Positions 26,793-36,554 of a DNA stretch of 64,000 bases are shown piece after piece. The position numbers and the translations under genes are program-made. The first letter of the stretch is position 1, and the number at the start of each line of letters is the position of its first letter. Source of the stretch: Bacteroidota bacterium (GTDB lineage: Bacteria; Bacteroidota; Ignavibacteria; Kapaibacteriales; HRBIN21); assembly GCA_030550395.1 (NCBI GenBank), contig JAUQPL010000006.1, positions 4,624 to 68,623 of the forward strand, in the 5' to 3' direction. Below the pieces are notes generated by a model. That model was not told the DNA's origin, ran no database searches, and worked only from the letters and a program-made list of their open reading frames with translations.

Positions 26793-29606
26793 TCATGACG
26801 GGGCTGAGCCGAGCTTGGGCTGGTATACTCCCAGGGGGGTCTCCGTGGAACCAAGGGCTTCCTGGAGGATGCGGCGCAGTACGTAGTGTAAAACGCCGCC
26901 GTGGCGGTAGTATTCCACCTCTGCAGGGACATCCAAGCGGGCAATGACCTCAAACTCTCGGAGACTGCCATCCGACTTCCGAGCCCGGACACGAAGCCGT
27001 TTCTGGGGCACAAGCCCTTCACGGATTCCCACGATGTCGTAGACTTCCGTGCCATCTAATCCCAGACTTTGAGCTGAATCCCCTGGCAAGAATTGTAACG
27101 GCAGGACGCCCATACCGACCAGGTTGCTGCGGTGAATCCGTTCGAAGCTCTCTGCTAACACCGCTCGGATGCCCAACAGAGCTGTACCTTTGGCTGCCCA
27201 GTCACGCGAGGAACCGCTACCGTACTCCTTGCCGGCAATGACAATGAGGGGAATCCCTTCACTGCGATAGCGCATGGCTGCTTCGTAGACAGTCAGCTCT
27301 TCTCCGCTGGGCAAGTGGCGGGTCCAGCCACCTTCGCGCCTGGCAAGAGCATTCCGTAGGCGGATATTGGCAAAGGTGCCTCGCACCATGACTTCGTGGT
27401 TACCACGGCGAGCGCCGTACGAGTTGAAATCTATAGGGTCAACCCCGTGCTCAATTAGCCATCGTCCAGCGGGCGAGAAGGGGGAAATGGAACCCGCAGG
27501 GGAAATGTGATCCGTTGTGATGGTATCGCCCAGCAGGAGGAGAACCCGCGCACCGAGGATGTCTTCGGGTTCCTGGGGATGGAGGGGCAGATTCTGGAAG
27601 AAAGGAGCTTCACGGATGTACGTAGAATTCGGGTCCCACTGAAAGAGTTCGCCTGTGGGGGCTTCCAGCTCCTTCCAAAAGCGGTCACCAGCGTATGCCC
27701 GGGCGTACTCGTCACGGAAGTCTTCCGGTAGGAGCACACGTTCCATCGCGAAGCGAATTTCCTCCTGGCTGGGCCAGAGGTCGCGAAGGTATACGGGACT
27801 TCCGTTCGGATCGGTGCCCAGCGGTTCGGTGAGCAAGTCTATATCCATGCGTCCAGCCAGAGCGTAGGCGACAACTAAGGGGGGAGAGGCCAGGAAATTC
27901 ATGCGTACCTGTGGGTGAATGCGGGCCTCAAAATTCCGATTGCCCGAAAGAACGGCGGCGACAACAAGGTCGTTTTCAGTGATGGCCTGGGCAATGGGTT
28001 TAGGCAGTTGTCCACTGTTTCCGATGCAAGTTGTACAGCCATAGCCAACGACGTGGAACCCGAGGGCTTCTAAGGCTGTCAACAGGCCGGAACGCTCTAA
28101 GTATCGGGTCACAACTCGGGAGCCTGGGGCTAGGCTGGTCTTCACCCAAGGTTTAACTCGGAGTCCCAACCGAACGGCTTTCTGTGCCAACAGACCGGCA
28201 GCGAGCATCACCGTAGGATTGGAGGTGTTGGTGCAGCTTGTAATCGCAGCGATAACTACGGCGGCATCGCTGAGGAGGAACTCCATGCCATTGGTACGGA
28301 TCGGCACAGTTCGGAGCAAGGGTCGGACTTCGGTGGCAACGGCTTGGGTTGTCGCCTCCTGTGGTGTAGGAAGGGACAAGTGCTCCCATCGCTGTTCTGG
28401 AGGGAGATATGCCCGATTGTACTGACGCTCTAAGGTGTCAATGACGGCGGACTTTGCTGCACGCAGGGCAACTCGATCGTGTGGGCGCCGTGGGCCAGCA
28501 AGAGTCGGTTCCACGGTGGACAAGTCCAGCGTGAGCACATCGGTGTACAACACAGAGTCTTCCCCTTCGCGCCAGAGCAGGTTTTCTTTGCAGTAGCGCT
28601 CAACTCGCTCCAGGAGTTCAGGGGGACGAGCGGTGAGGTGTAAGTACTCCAATGTCTGCTTGTCGACGGGGAAGTACGTGACCGTGCAGCCGAATTCAGG
28701 GGACATGTTCGCGATAGTAGCTCGGTCGGGGACAGTCAGTGAGTCCACGCCTGGACCGAAGACTTCTACGAACTTGCCCACCACGCCGTAGCGGCGGAGC
28801 ATCTCTGTGATGGTCAACACCAGGTCTGTTGCTGTGGTCCCCGGTGGGAGCGTGCCTATAAGCTTTAACCCGATGACTTCAGGTAGCAGCAGGACAAGCG
28901 GTTGCCCCAACATAGCGGCTTCCGCTTCTATTCCCCCGACACCCCAACCCAGGACGCCGATTCCATTGACCATCGGGGTGTGAGAGTCGGTCCCGACAAG
29001 GGTATCAGGATAGGCAATGCCGTTGCGAGCGGTCACAACCTGAGCCAAGTACTCCAGATTAACCTGGTGACAGATACCCATCCCGGGGGGCAGCACCGTC
29101 ATATTCCGGAAGGCTTGCTGCGCCCATTTCAAGAGGATGTAGCGTTCCCGATTTCGCTGGTACTCTATCTCAACATTTCGTTCGTAAGCCCAGGCAGTGC
29201 CGAAAAAGTCCACCTGTACGGAGTGGTCAATCACTAAGTCAACCGGCACCAGAGGGTTAATTCGCTCTGGCGGCACTCCATGTCGTGCTGCTTCTGCCCG
29301 AAGGGAGGCTAGGTCTACAACTCCCGGAACACCGGTGAAATCCTGCATGAGAACGCGACTGGGCTTGAAGGGAATTTCCCGCTCGCTCGGACGTGGCTGC
29401 CATGAGAGAACGTTGAGCACATGCTCTTCTGTGACCAAGAAACCGTCCTCTGAGCGGAGAACGTTTTCCAGAAGGATACGCAGGCAGAACGGTAGATGGC
29501 AGACCCGATATCCCTGCCGCTCCAGCTCGGCCAAGCTGTAGTAGTATAGCGTCCCTGCCAAGGTTTTCAGTTGCCGTACGACACCGAAGCGATCGCGTAG
29601 GGGCAT
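26793..29606 (-). CDS. acnA: aconitate hydratase
   Basis: Full-length 937-aa aconitase A/IRP-type sequence with Fe-S ligand Cys contexts (...ITSCTNTSNP..., ...GCTTCIGNSG...). Confidence 0.9.
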   Translation of the reverse strand: MPLRDRFGVVRQLKTLAGTLYYYSLAELERQGYRVCHLPFCLRILLENVLRSEDGFLVTEEHVLNVLSWQPRPSEREIPFKPSRVLMQDFTGVPGVVDLASLRAEAARHGVPPERINPLVPVDLVIDHSVQVDFFGTAWAYERNVEIEYQRNRERYILLKWAQQAFRNMTVLPPGMGICHQVNLEYLAQVVTARNGIAYPDTLVGTDSHTPMVNGIGVLGWGVGGIEAEAAMLGQPLVLLLPEVIGLKLIGTLPPGTTATDLVLTITEMLRRYGVVGKFVEVFGPGVDSLTVPDRATIANMSPEFGCTVTYFPVDKQTLEYLHLTARPPELLERVERYCKENLLWREGEDSVLYTDVLTLDLSTVEPTLAGPRRPHDRVALRAAKSAVIDTLERQYNRAYLPPEQRWEHLSLPTPQEATTQAVATEVRPLLRTVPIRTNGMEFLLSDAAVVIAAITSCTNTSNPTVMLAAGLLAQKAVRLGLRVKPWVKTSLAPGSRVVTRYLERSGLLTALEALGFHVVGYGCTTCIGNSGQLPKPIAQAITENDLVVAAVLSGNRNFEARIHPQVRMNFLASPPLVVAYALAGRMDIDLLTEPLGTDPNGSPVYLRDLWPSQEEIRFAMERVLLPEDFRDEYARAYAGDRFWKELEAPTGELFQWDPNSTYIREAPFFQNLPLHPQEPEDILGARVLLLLGDTITTDHISPAGSISPFSPAGRWLIEHGVDPIDFNSYGARRGNHEVMVRGTFANIRLRNALARREGGWTRHLPSGEELTVYEAAMRYRSEGIPLIVIAGKEYGSGSSRDWAAKGTALLGIRAVLAESFERIHRSNLVGMGVLPLQFLPGDSAQSLGLDGTEVYDIVGIREGLVPQKRLRVRARKSDGSLREFEVIARLDVPAEVEYYRHGGVLHYVLRRILQEALGSTETPLGVYQPKLGSAPS

Positions 29607-29624
29607 CGTTTTGCCGGTAGGATG

Positions 29625-30311
29625 TTACACAACTAGCGGGACTTGACGAGTACGGGCTTGGGCTTCTTGGAGGCGGTGATAGTCAGCAAGAAACGCTTGA
29701 AGACCGAGTTCTGTGAGCGGGTGCTTGAGGGACTGCTGGAGAACCCGGAAGGGAGCCGTTGCGATATCTGCCCCTGCGCGGGCTGCCTCAACCAGGTGCA
29801 TTGGGTGGCGGAGCGAGGCGGCGATGATCTCTACTTCTAACCCTTGGCGTTCCCAAATTTCGCAGATGTCTGCTAATGTCCGGACCCCATCGTTACCAAT
29901 GTCGTCCAGGCGTCCAAGGAAGACGCTGACGAAACTGGCTCCAGCATTGGCGGCCAGGATTGCCTGTGCCGGGGAGAAAACAAGAGTGACGTTTGTCGGA
30001 ATTCCCTGCCGACTCAGTTGACGTACAGCAGCTAATCCTTCAGCCGTCATCGGGATTTTAATGACCGCCTCTGGCAGCCATGAGACGATCTCCTCTGCTT
30101 CGCGAAGCATCCCAGCGGTGTCCGTGGAGACAACTTCCACAGAGATATGTCCGCCAACCAGGCGGTGGATTTCCCGTATTCGCTCCCGAACGTCCACGGT
30201 AGGATCTTCCTTTGCCAACAGCGTGGGGTTTGTGGTTACACCGCTGAGAATACCCCATGAGGCAGCGGTGCGAATCTCATCAAGGTTAGCAGAATCAATG
30301 AACAGGCGCAT
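29625..30311 (-). CDS. tal: transaldolase (type 3B / fructose-6-phosphate aldolase-like)
   Basis: MRLFIDSANLDEIRTAASWGILSGVTTNPTLLAKE... is the canonical Tal/Fsa N-terminus; length 228 aa. Confidence 0.85.
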   Translation of the reverse strand: MRLFIDSANLDEIRTAASWGILSGVTTNPTLLAKEDPTVDVRERIREIHRLVGGHISVEVVSTDTAGMLREAEEIVSWLPEAVIKIPMTAEGLAAVRQLSRQGIPTNVTLVFSPAQAILAANAGASFVSVFLGRLDDIGNDGVRTLADICEIWERQGLEVEIIAASLRHPMHLVEAARAGADIATAPFRVLQQSLKHPLTELGLQAFLADYHRLQEAQARTRQVPLVV

Positions 30312-30409
30312 GGTCCATGCTCGTGAGTTTGACTTTTACAACACAGCTGCGGTGACGTCTCCGGCGAACGTTTTATTGCGTTCCGATGATGGTAGGAAGC
30401 GCCCTCGGA

Positions 30410-31960
30410 TTAGGCATTGGCTCCTTCGCAGCTGTTGGTGCCTTCTTCTGAAAGAGCGATATCTTCCAGGCCTGCCGAGGCTATGAGCCGACGCAGGGTC
30501 TGAATATCTTCGTACAACGGTCGGTCATCGTGAAGCGGCGGGACGTGTGCCCGAACCCATGCGATGACCCGTTCCAACGGGGGGGTTGTCCGAGCAGGAC
30601 GGAGAAATTCTATCGCTTGTGTTGCGCAGAGAAGCTCAATGGCTAAAACTGTCTCTAAGTTGTCCACCACTTGCCATGCCTTCTGAGCGGCAATGCTGGA
30701 CATAGAGTTGTGGTCCTCTTGTCCACCGGAGGTTGGGATAGAATCGACGCTAGCGGGATGGCACAGCACTTTGTTCTCCGACACAATGGAAGCAGCTGTG
30801 TATTGTGCGATCATCAAACCAGAATGTAGGCCAGGACGGGGCGAGAGAAAGGCAGGCAGATGGCTGCTCTGAGGATTGAGAAGCCGCTCAATGCGCCGTT
30901 CGGAGACGTTTGCAAGTTCCGCACAGGCGATAGCCAAGAAATCCAGTGCCAATGCCAAGGGCTGACCGTGGAAGTTGCCACCTTCCAAGTGCTCACCTGT
31001 GTCGGGGTCAATGAGTGGGTTGTCCGTAACAGCATTGAGCTCCGTTTGCACGACATTCCAAACGTAGGCAATAGCATCGTGCGATGCTCCGTGGATTTGG
31101 GGGATGCAGCGGAGGCTATAGGCATCTTGGGGGAATCCGTGGGGGCGAGGCTGTTGGCTAAGCTGGCTACCGGTGCGGAGCTTCCGTAAGCGGGCAGCCG
31201 TTTCCTGTTGTCCTGGGAAGGGACGGAGCTGATGGATGCGGGCATCATAGGCTTTTGGACATGCCCGCAGGGCTTCTGCAGACAAAGCGGCAGCGATGTC
31301 AGCGAACCGTGCGGCACGGCGGGCACGGAAAACAGATAAGGTCCCATATGCCGTGGACATGGTCGTTCCATTGATGAGTGCCAGCCCCTCCTTGGCTTCT
31401 AAGCGCAGCGGCTCCAGTCCATGGCGAACGAGGGCCTCGGCGGCTGGCTCTAATCCTTGCTCTGTCAGGAAATAGCCCTCTCCAATGAGAGCCAAAGCAA
31501 GATGAGCTAACTGAACCAAGTCCCCGCTGGCACCAACAGAGCCCTGTTTCGGGATGGCAGGAATCAGTCCATGGTTGAAGAGGTCTAAGAGTCGTTCAGC
31601 TACTATTGGTCGGACTCCGCTATAACTACGAGCAAATACGTTTGCCCGCAGGATGAGCATGGCTCGTACAACTTCGGGTGGAATCCACCCCCCAGCGCCT
31701 ACGCTGTGGGAGCGCACAAGATTGTATTGCAGCTCAATTGCCTCTTCCGGTGAGATACGGACGGCTGCCAATCCCCCAAATCCCGTGGTGATACCGTACA
31801 CAGGCTCTGCGGAGCGGAGCCAGTGGCGGAGCCATGCGTGGGAGCGTTCCATCCGGTGGCGGGCTTGTTGGTCTATTTCTACGCGCCAACCCGGCTCGGT
31901 GAGGACCTTCCATAGCTCTTCGATACGGAGGGATGTTCCATCCAGCAGGAGAGTCGGCAT
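30410..31960 (-). CDS. hutH: histidine ammonia-lyase
   Basis: MIO-forming ASG triad in ...GSVGASGDLVQLAHLA...; 516 aa aromatic amino-acid lyase family. Confidence 0.85.
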   Translation of the reverse strand: MPTLLLDGTSLRIEELWKVLTEPGWRVEIDQQARHRMERSHAWLRHWLRSAEPVYGITTGFGGLAAVRISPEEAIELQYNLVRSHSVGAGGWIPPEVVRAMLILRANVFARSYSGVRPIVAERLLDLFNHGLIPAIPKQGSVGASGDLVQLAHLALALIGEGYFLTEQGLEPAAEALVRHGLEPLRLEAKEGLALINGTTMSTAYGTLSVFRARRAARFADIAAALSAEALRACPKAYDARIHQLRPFPGQQETAARLRKLRTGSQLSQQPRPHGFPQDAYSLRCIPQIHGASHDAIAYVWNVVQTELNAVTDNPLIDPDTGEHLEGGNFHGQPLALALDFLAIACAELANVSERRIERLLNPQSSHLPAFLSPRPGLHSGLMIAQYTAASIVSENKVLCHPASVDSIPTSGGQEDHNSMSSIAAQKAWQVVDNLETVLAIELLCATQAIEFLRPARTTPPLERVIAWVRAHVPPLHDDRPLYEDIQTLRRLIASAGLEDIALSEEGTNSCEGANA

Positions 31961-32210
31961 GGATACACACGGTGGAATATTGGAACAGACACAAAACTAC
32001 GCACCCTGCCGACTCATATTGCAGTTCTGGCGGCGGGTCTCTTTCTCCGGGGACTTGCCGTGTAGAGTGTTGGAGCTGCTATGCTGTCTCAATGGGTGGG
32101 TTCGTGATAAGGGCTGCCGTGAAGAAGGTGGGGCCACCCTGGTTGAAGACAGAAGATTACGTGGGGAAGGCTACCCACAGGGACTTGCTATTCCCTCCTG
32201 CAGCCAATGT

Positions 32211-32486
32211 CTACCGGGAGCCGGTCAGCTCATCGGCAATGCGCTCTGCCACGGTACGGAGTACCTCAGGCTGGGAATAGAAGCCATGGGCAAGGCGTTG
32301 GCGTATTCGCTCAAGCAGCTCTTGTCGGCGTGCTTCCTGAAGCTGTTGAGCCTCTGGGGAAAGAGCGATGCTATCGGGTTTCTCCGCTGGTACGGGGGAC
32401 GGAGAGGATGGGCGTGTGCGTCGGACTTGGGTAGAGGAATCCCCTGGCGCCGTCGGTGGATGTTGGCGGATAGGATCAATGCTCAT
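32211..32486 (-). CDS. flgM: anti-sigma-28 factor FlgM
   Basis: A 91-aa product from the ATG at 32486 (AGGGAG SD). The C-terminal ...ELLERIRQRLAHGFYSQPEVLRTVAERIADEL fits the FlgM sigma-28-binding helix region, and the gene sits at the end of the flagellin operon. Confidence 0.55.
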   Translation of the reverse strand: MSIDPIRQHPPTAPGDSSTQVRRTRPSSPSPVPAEKPDSIALSPEAQQLQEARRQELLERIRQRLAHGFYSQPEVLRTVAERIADELTGSR

Positions 32487-32838
32487 TGTACTCCCTTTCG
32501 GCATACCACACACACTGGCGTTGTGCAAGCGTCCCTTGCAGACGGCGTTCTGCTTGCACAAGCAAACAACGTATGAGCTCCCGCTGTCGTGTTAGGCGAT
32601 GCAGAAGCTCTTGAAGGAGGCTATACCATTCTCGTGCCTGATTGGAGGGCCAGGTAGCGTAGGGACGGCTTTCCCACCACTGTTGAAGATGAACAAGAAC
32701 TTGCTGGCGTTGGGCGTAGAGGGATTCTACGTGGGAAAGCTCTTCCAGCCCCAGCGATGGTAAGGTAAGCCGAGCGTCTATTTCATCCGTTAGTCTCAGG
32801 CACTCCTGGAGAAGCTTCCAGCCACTATGCGCGTACAT
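32476..32838 (-). CDS. putative flagellar export chaperone (FliT/FlgN-like, all-helical)
   Basis: 120-aa helical protein lying between flaG and flgM on the same strand. Assigned by position and composition only. Confidence 0.3.
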   Translation of the reverse strand: MYAHSGWKLLQECLRLTDEIDARLTLPSLGLEELSHVESLYAQRQQVLVHLQQWWESRPYATWPSNQAREWYSLLQELLHRLTRQRELIRCLLVQAERRLQGTLAQRQCVWYAEREYNEH

Positions 32839-33244
32839 CGGTAATACCCCCTTCCCGTTGCAGGAACTCCATCACGAAGCGAGCTATGCGGAGGGCGATT
32901 TCGGGGGGAATCTGCTGGAGAATCTCTTTCGTTTCTGCATCGCGGACGCGAAGAACCAGCTTTTGGGTAGCTTCATCAACGACGAACTCCAGCTCTATGT
33001 TCTCCGACTCTATGACGGAATGCAGAGCCGAAAGGAGAACAGAAAAGTCTAAGGGCCGGTTTGCATTCTCTGCTTCAGGAGCGTTGGAGGCGGTTAAACT
33101 GGGTGCCGTTGGTGGTGGAGTAACGGCAGGTTGCTGCGGGAAGAAACGTCCATGTCCCCCTTCGCTCTCTGTGGCAATGCGTTCTGACTCCCCCACAATC
33201 GGCACTGTAACCGGGGATGTGATAGGCTGGGTTGGGGTTACCAT
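32825..33244 (-). CDS. flaG: flagellar protein FlaG
   Basis: C-terminal ...ELEFVVDEATQKLVLRVRDAETKEILQQIPPEIALRIARF... matches the FlaG signature. The start is refined to the ATG at 33244, 14 nt after the fliD stop; the track ORF would overlap fliD. Confidence 0.6.
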   Translation of the reverse strand: MVTPTQPITSPVTVPIVGESERIATESEGGHGRFFPQQPAVTPPPTAPSLTASNAPEAENANRPLDFSVLLSALHSVIESENIELEFVVDEATQKLVLRVRDAETKEILQQIPPEIALRIARFVMEFLQREGGITDVRA

Positions 33245-33257
33245 AGCTGCCTCACCA

Positions 33258-34685
33258 CTATGGGACGATAGAGGAAGGAATTGCAAAGTTATTGGCGATT
33301 CCCAATTGGGCTGTTGCAGCTGAGAAGAGCTGTTGTAGTTTGAGATATTCCTTACGATACTGCTCCACTTGCTGTTCAATCCGCAGCTCCGTTTGACGGA
33401 TGCGCTGTGAGAGGGTTTGTAGCTGTCGTCCGATACTATTCCAGCGGGCATGTAGGGTACCCGAGGAACCGATCATATCTTGTAGCAGAGTTGTGATCCG
33501 CTCGCCAAATCCCCCGCTGGAAGTAAAGAGAGCAGCGACACGGTCGCTTCCATTGGCAAGCTCTTGCTCTAAGCGTCGGCGATCAGAGAGGGTGAGGGTT
33601 CCATCTTTACCAATGCCGATCCCAATGTCGCCCAGCGTCTGTAAAGCTCCGTTACCGAGCAGCTGACTACTGAGAGAGCGCAGGTTGCTGAGAAGTTGTC
33701 GGAGAACTAAGTCGCCTTTGAGCGAGCCATTGAGAGCGTTTGTGAGCTCTTTAAGAGCGCTGTTGTATACGTCCAGGAGCTTCTGAATGAGCGCCGCTAC
33801 GGCGTCGGGGTCCACGGTCGTTGTTAGCGTCACCGCTGACTCAGTAGGAGTCTGGCTGCGAAGCAGTGTGAGTGTGACTCCGGGCAGGAGATCTGAGATT
33901 GTGTTGGATTGGCGGGTGACTGTAATTGCGTTAATGCTCAGTTGGGCGTTCAACTCAGAGGAGCGAGCACGTTGATATCCAGCACTTGTCTCCGTAAAGA
34001 CGGTCCGGTTTTCCGGATCAGCAAAGAAGCCGCTGTTCCAGCCTAAGCGGGCTAAGAGACCATCTGTGTCGACGAAGCGCAAGGCGGAATCGCTTCCGGT
34101 CTGCTTTGCAGTCAGAGAAAGGCGAACGGTGGTGGGAGTGTCTGTGAGCACAGTAGCGACGGCACCGACGTTAGTGGTCGCGTTGATAGCAGTAGCAATC
34201 TTCCTCAGAGCGGCTTCGGTATCCTCTGTCCCGTCTAAGGTGACGGTGACGGTCACGGTTGTGCCGCTCCCTGTCAATTCAAAGCGATACACCCCGGCGG
34301 GCAGGAAAGGATCGGTTCGGAGGAGACGCTGGGAGACCAAAACGTCATTATGGGCAAGGCGATGGACGTACACAGAAGTTGTTCCAAGGGTAGCAGAACT
34401 CTCTGCTATTGCTGTAACGACATCCGGATGAGAGCTCTGAACCTTTCGAGTTGCAAAGCGCTGGTCGGCACCAGGGAGTGTGAAGAGCTGCCCTTGGAAG
34501 AAGAGCTCCTCCAGCTTTGAGCGTATAGTGTTCAGGAGCTTCTGCTGCTCTTGAAGCTGCTGCCGCCTCTGTTTGAGAGTCTCCAGCGGACGACTCTGCT
34601 GGGAGCGGTAAGCCGCCAATAGCTGCTTCAGCAGAGCTTGTCCCGTTGGGTTCTGGAGCAGTGAGATGTCTGTAATACCTGCCAT
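33258..34685 (-). CDS. fliD: flagellar filament cap protein FliD
   Basis: The N-terminal heptad region MAGITDISLL...LLKQLLAAYRSQQSRPLETLKQRRQQLQEQQKLLNTIRSKLEEL is typical of FliD; about 475 aa. The first ATG is at 34685. Confidence 0.7.
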   Translation of the reverse strand: MAGITDISLLQNPTGQALLKQLLAAYRSQQSRPLETLKQRRQQLQEQQKLLNTIRSKLEELFFQGQLFTLPGADQRFATRKVQSSHPDVVTAIAESSATLGTTSVYVHRLAHNDVLVSQRLLRTDPFLPAGVYRFELTGSGTTVTVTVTLDGTEDTEAALRKIATAINATTNVGAVATVLTDTPTTVRLSLTAKQTGSDSALRFVDTDGLLARLGWNSGFFADPENRTVFTETSAGYQRARSSELNAQLSINAITVTRQSNTISDLLPGVTLTLLRSQTPTESAVTLTTTVDPDAVAALIQKLLDVYNSALKELTNALNGSLKGDLVLRQLLSNLRSLSSQLLGNGALQTLGDIGIGIGKDGTLTLSDRRRLEQELANGSDRVAALFTSSGGFGERITTLLQDMIGSSGTLHARWNSIGRQLQTLSQRIRQTELRIEQQVEQYRKEYLKLQQLFSAATAQLGIANNFAIPSSIVP

Positions 34686-34701
34686 GGGGGCCCCTTGGCA
34701 A

Positions 34702-35067
34702 CTAGTCAAACCCGAACGCCTCAGCCCATGCCTCTCGCAACCCTTGGATAATGGTTATAGCCTCTTCGTAGCGACGTTCCCACACACACCGTTGGCAGTA
34801 TTCATAAAGCCGATAGAGCCGAACAGCGATCTCTCCTGCTTCAAAGTTTAGGGCTTCCATTAGTTGAACCAGTGCGCGATTCATCCTGACGATATCACGC
34901 TGCTTAGCGGCTGACAAGAACACGTCGTAGGTTTTTAAGATGAGCTGTTCGGGACTCCAGCTAAAGACTTCCTGCTCCAGATAGGGGGTTATCGCCTTCG
35001 TTGGAGCTTCCATGGGTTTGAGAGTGATTGTGATACTTGTGGAGGGGAGGGGATGGGGGGAACCCAT
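34702..35067 (-). CDS. fliS: flagellar export chaperone FliS
   Basis: ...AYLEQEVFSWSPEQLILKTYDVFLSAAKQ... fits the FliS helical-bundle family and lies between fliC and fliD. Alternative start at 35013 (MEAPTKAIT...). Confidence 0.65.
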   Translation of the reverse strand: MGSPHPLPSTSITITLKPMEAPTKAITPYLEQEVFSWSPEQLILKTYDVFLSAAKQRDIVRMNRALVQLMEALNFEAGEIAVRLYRLYEYCQRCVWERRYEEAITIIQGLREAWAEAFGFD

Positions 35068-35103
35068 CCCCTTTACCCTTCACCACGCCCGCTGCGCGGC
35101 TGG

Positions 35104-36039
35104 TTACCGGAAAAGCTGGAGGAAGACCTGTGGCTGTTGGTTCGCCTGTGCTAAGGAGATGAGAGAAGTTTGCTGCAAGAACTGGGCCCGGATCAGTTCG
35201 AGCTGTTCTTTGGCTACGTCGGCATCCTCTATCCGTGAGATAGCAGCATTGTAGTTCGTGATCTGTGTTTTAAGCAGGTCTTCCTGAGAGCTCAGGCGGT
35301 TAATGATCCCACCCACATAGGAGGCAACCTTGTTAACGTTTTGTAGTGCTTGGTCTAAGCTCTGGAGCGTTGTGGTAATCTGGCTGGCACTGAAGATGCG
35401 GAGATCGCTGGAGCTCACTAATGCCAGTTCTTCCAAGTCCAGATTGGTGACGCCGGCGAAGTTTGTGTTCCCGTTAACAGCAAGCCAGAAAGAGCTAGAG
35501 TCCACATTGAAGTCACTTACGTTGGTGCTTTCTAAGTTAATGCTCAACGTAATGAGAGTGTTGTCAGCCCTGTAACCGATGACGAAATCAGCAGAGAAGC
35601 TGCCATCAATAAGCTGTCGACCGCCGAAGGTCGTGGAGTCGACCACGCTCTGAATCTGTTGTGCTAGACGGTATGCGGCGCGTGCCAGGGAGACCTTCTC
35701 ATCCGTCCCCAAAGCGCCGGAAGAGGCTTGGGAAGCAGCTTCTTTAATTTGGGCGACAAGGCTCTGGATGTTGTCCAGTGCGTCCTGAACAATGGCAGCT
35801 AAGCTACTTGCGTCGCCGACAGCATTGAGCGCTGTGCTGATACCCATAACGCGAGCACTCAAGGCACGGACCGTAATATAGCCTGCTACGTCATCGGCGG
35901 CGGAGTTGATACGCTTCCCTGTAGAAAGGCGTAGCTGGCGGAGTGCAATAGCACGGTTTGCTGCATCCAGAGCATTGTATGCGTTCTCCGCCGGTGTGTT
36001 CGTACGGATCCGTGCACCGTTCGTGATGGCGTATGGCAT
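35104..36039 (-). CDS. fliC: flagellin
   Basis: N-terminal ...LRQLRLSTGKRINSAADDVAGYITVRAL... (flagellin D0/D1 signature RINSAADDAAG) and C-terminal ...LISLAQANQQPQVFLQLFR. SD GAGGGT; a sigma-28 promoter lies immediately upstream. Confidence 0.85.
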   Translation of the reverse strand: MPYAITNGARIRTNTPAENAYNALDAANRAIALRQLRLSTGKRINSAADDVAGYITVRALSARVMGISTALNAVGDASSLAAIVQDALDNIQSLVAQIKEAASQASSGALGTDEKVSLARAAYRLAQQIQSVVDSTTFGGRQLIDGSFSADFVIGYRADNTLITLSINLESTNVSDFNVDSSSFWLAVNGNTNFAGVTNLDLEELALVSSSDLRIFSASQITTTLQSLDQALQNVNKVASYVGGIINRLSSQEDLLKTQITNYNAAISRIEDADVAKEQLELIRAQFLQQTSLISLAQANQQPQVFLQLFR

Positions 36040-36109
36040 GGTACCCTCGAACTGTAACGTGAGACTTCCCCGGGGCGTCCTGCCGACTCAGTAGGTGTCC
36101 TTCGGCGGT

Positions 36110-36137
36110 ATTATTCGGCAACCCTGGGGAAAACTTT
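36110..36137 (-). promoter_or_regulatory. sigma-28 (FliA) class 3 flagellar promoter for fliC: TAAA-N15-GCCGAATAA
   Basis: The minus-strand sequence reads ...ggacTAAAgttttccccagggttGCCGAATAAtacc..., against the consensus TAAA-N15-GCCGATAA. It sits about 70 nt upstream of the fliC ATG and overlaps the 3' end of the upstream membrane-protein gene. Confidence 0.6.
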
Positions 36138-36545
36138 AGTCCCAACCCCGAAGTCATAGACCAGGATACCGCCGTACAACGCAGTGAGCAATAGAAGGAT
36201 GACTCCTGCAAGATGGGCAATCACAAGGATGACACGTTCTCCACGGCGTATACGCCCAGAGCGGGCTAATTCCCAAAGGCTTAGGAAGCCATACCAAAGG
36301 AGCAAGGTAAAGCCCAGTCGTTGATGCTTCTCAAGGACAATGGCAGGTCCTTGGGGTAGCTCTGAAGGAATGCTGGATTGTCCGGAGAGTACTGCCGCTG
36401 CCAGGGTCAGCGTGCCTGTCCACAAGCAGAGTCGCAGTGCCGCTTCTATCCATGGCCTGACACTCCAGAGGAGTATCACGCGGAGTACTGCAGCCATGCA
36501 GAGCAAGGCGATCGGGAAATGGACAATTGCAGGATGAAGCTGCAT
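36111..36545 (-). CDS. DUF2231-like small integral membrane protein
   Basis: MQLHPAIVHFPIALLCMAAVL... carries the HFPIAL motif of the DUF2231 family; four predicted TM helices. Confidence 0.45.
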   Translation of the reverse strand: MQLHPAIVHFPIALLCMAAVLRVILLWSVRPWIEAALRLCLWTGTLTLAAAVLSGQSSIPSELPQGPAIVLEKHQRLGFTLLLWYGFLSLWELARSGRIRRGERVILVIAHLAGVILLLLTALYGGILVYDFGVGTKVFPRVAE

Positions 36546-36554
36546 GGGAGCGGC

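Noticed and set aside
31653-32576. 307-aa plus-strand ORF spanning the hutH-flgM spacer
   Set aside because: It overlaps the hutH 5' end and the whole of flgM on the opposite strand and has low-complexity composition. The 250-nt hutH-flgM spacer is more likely promoter/terminator space.
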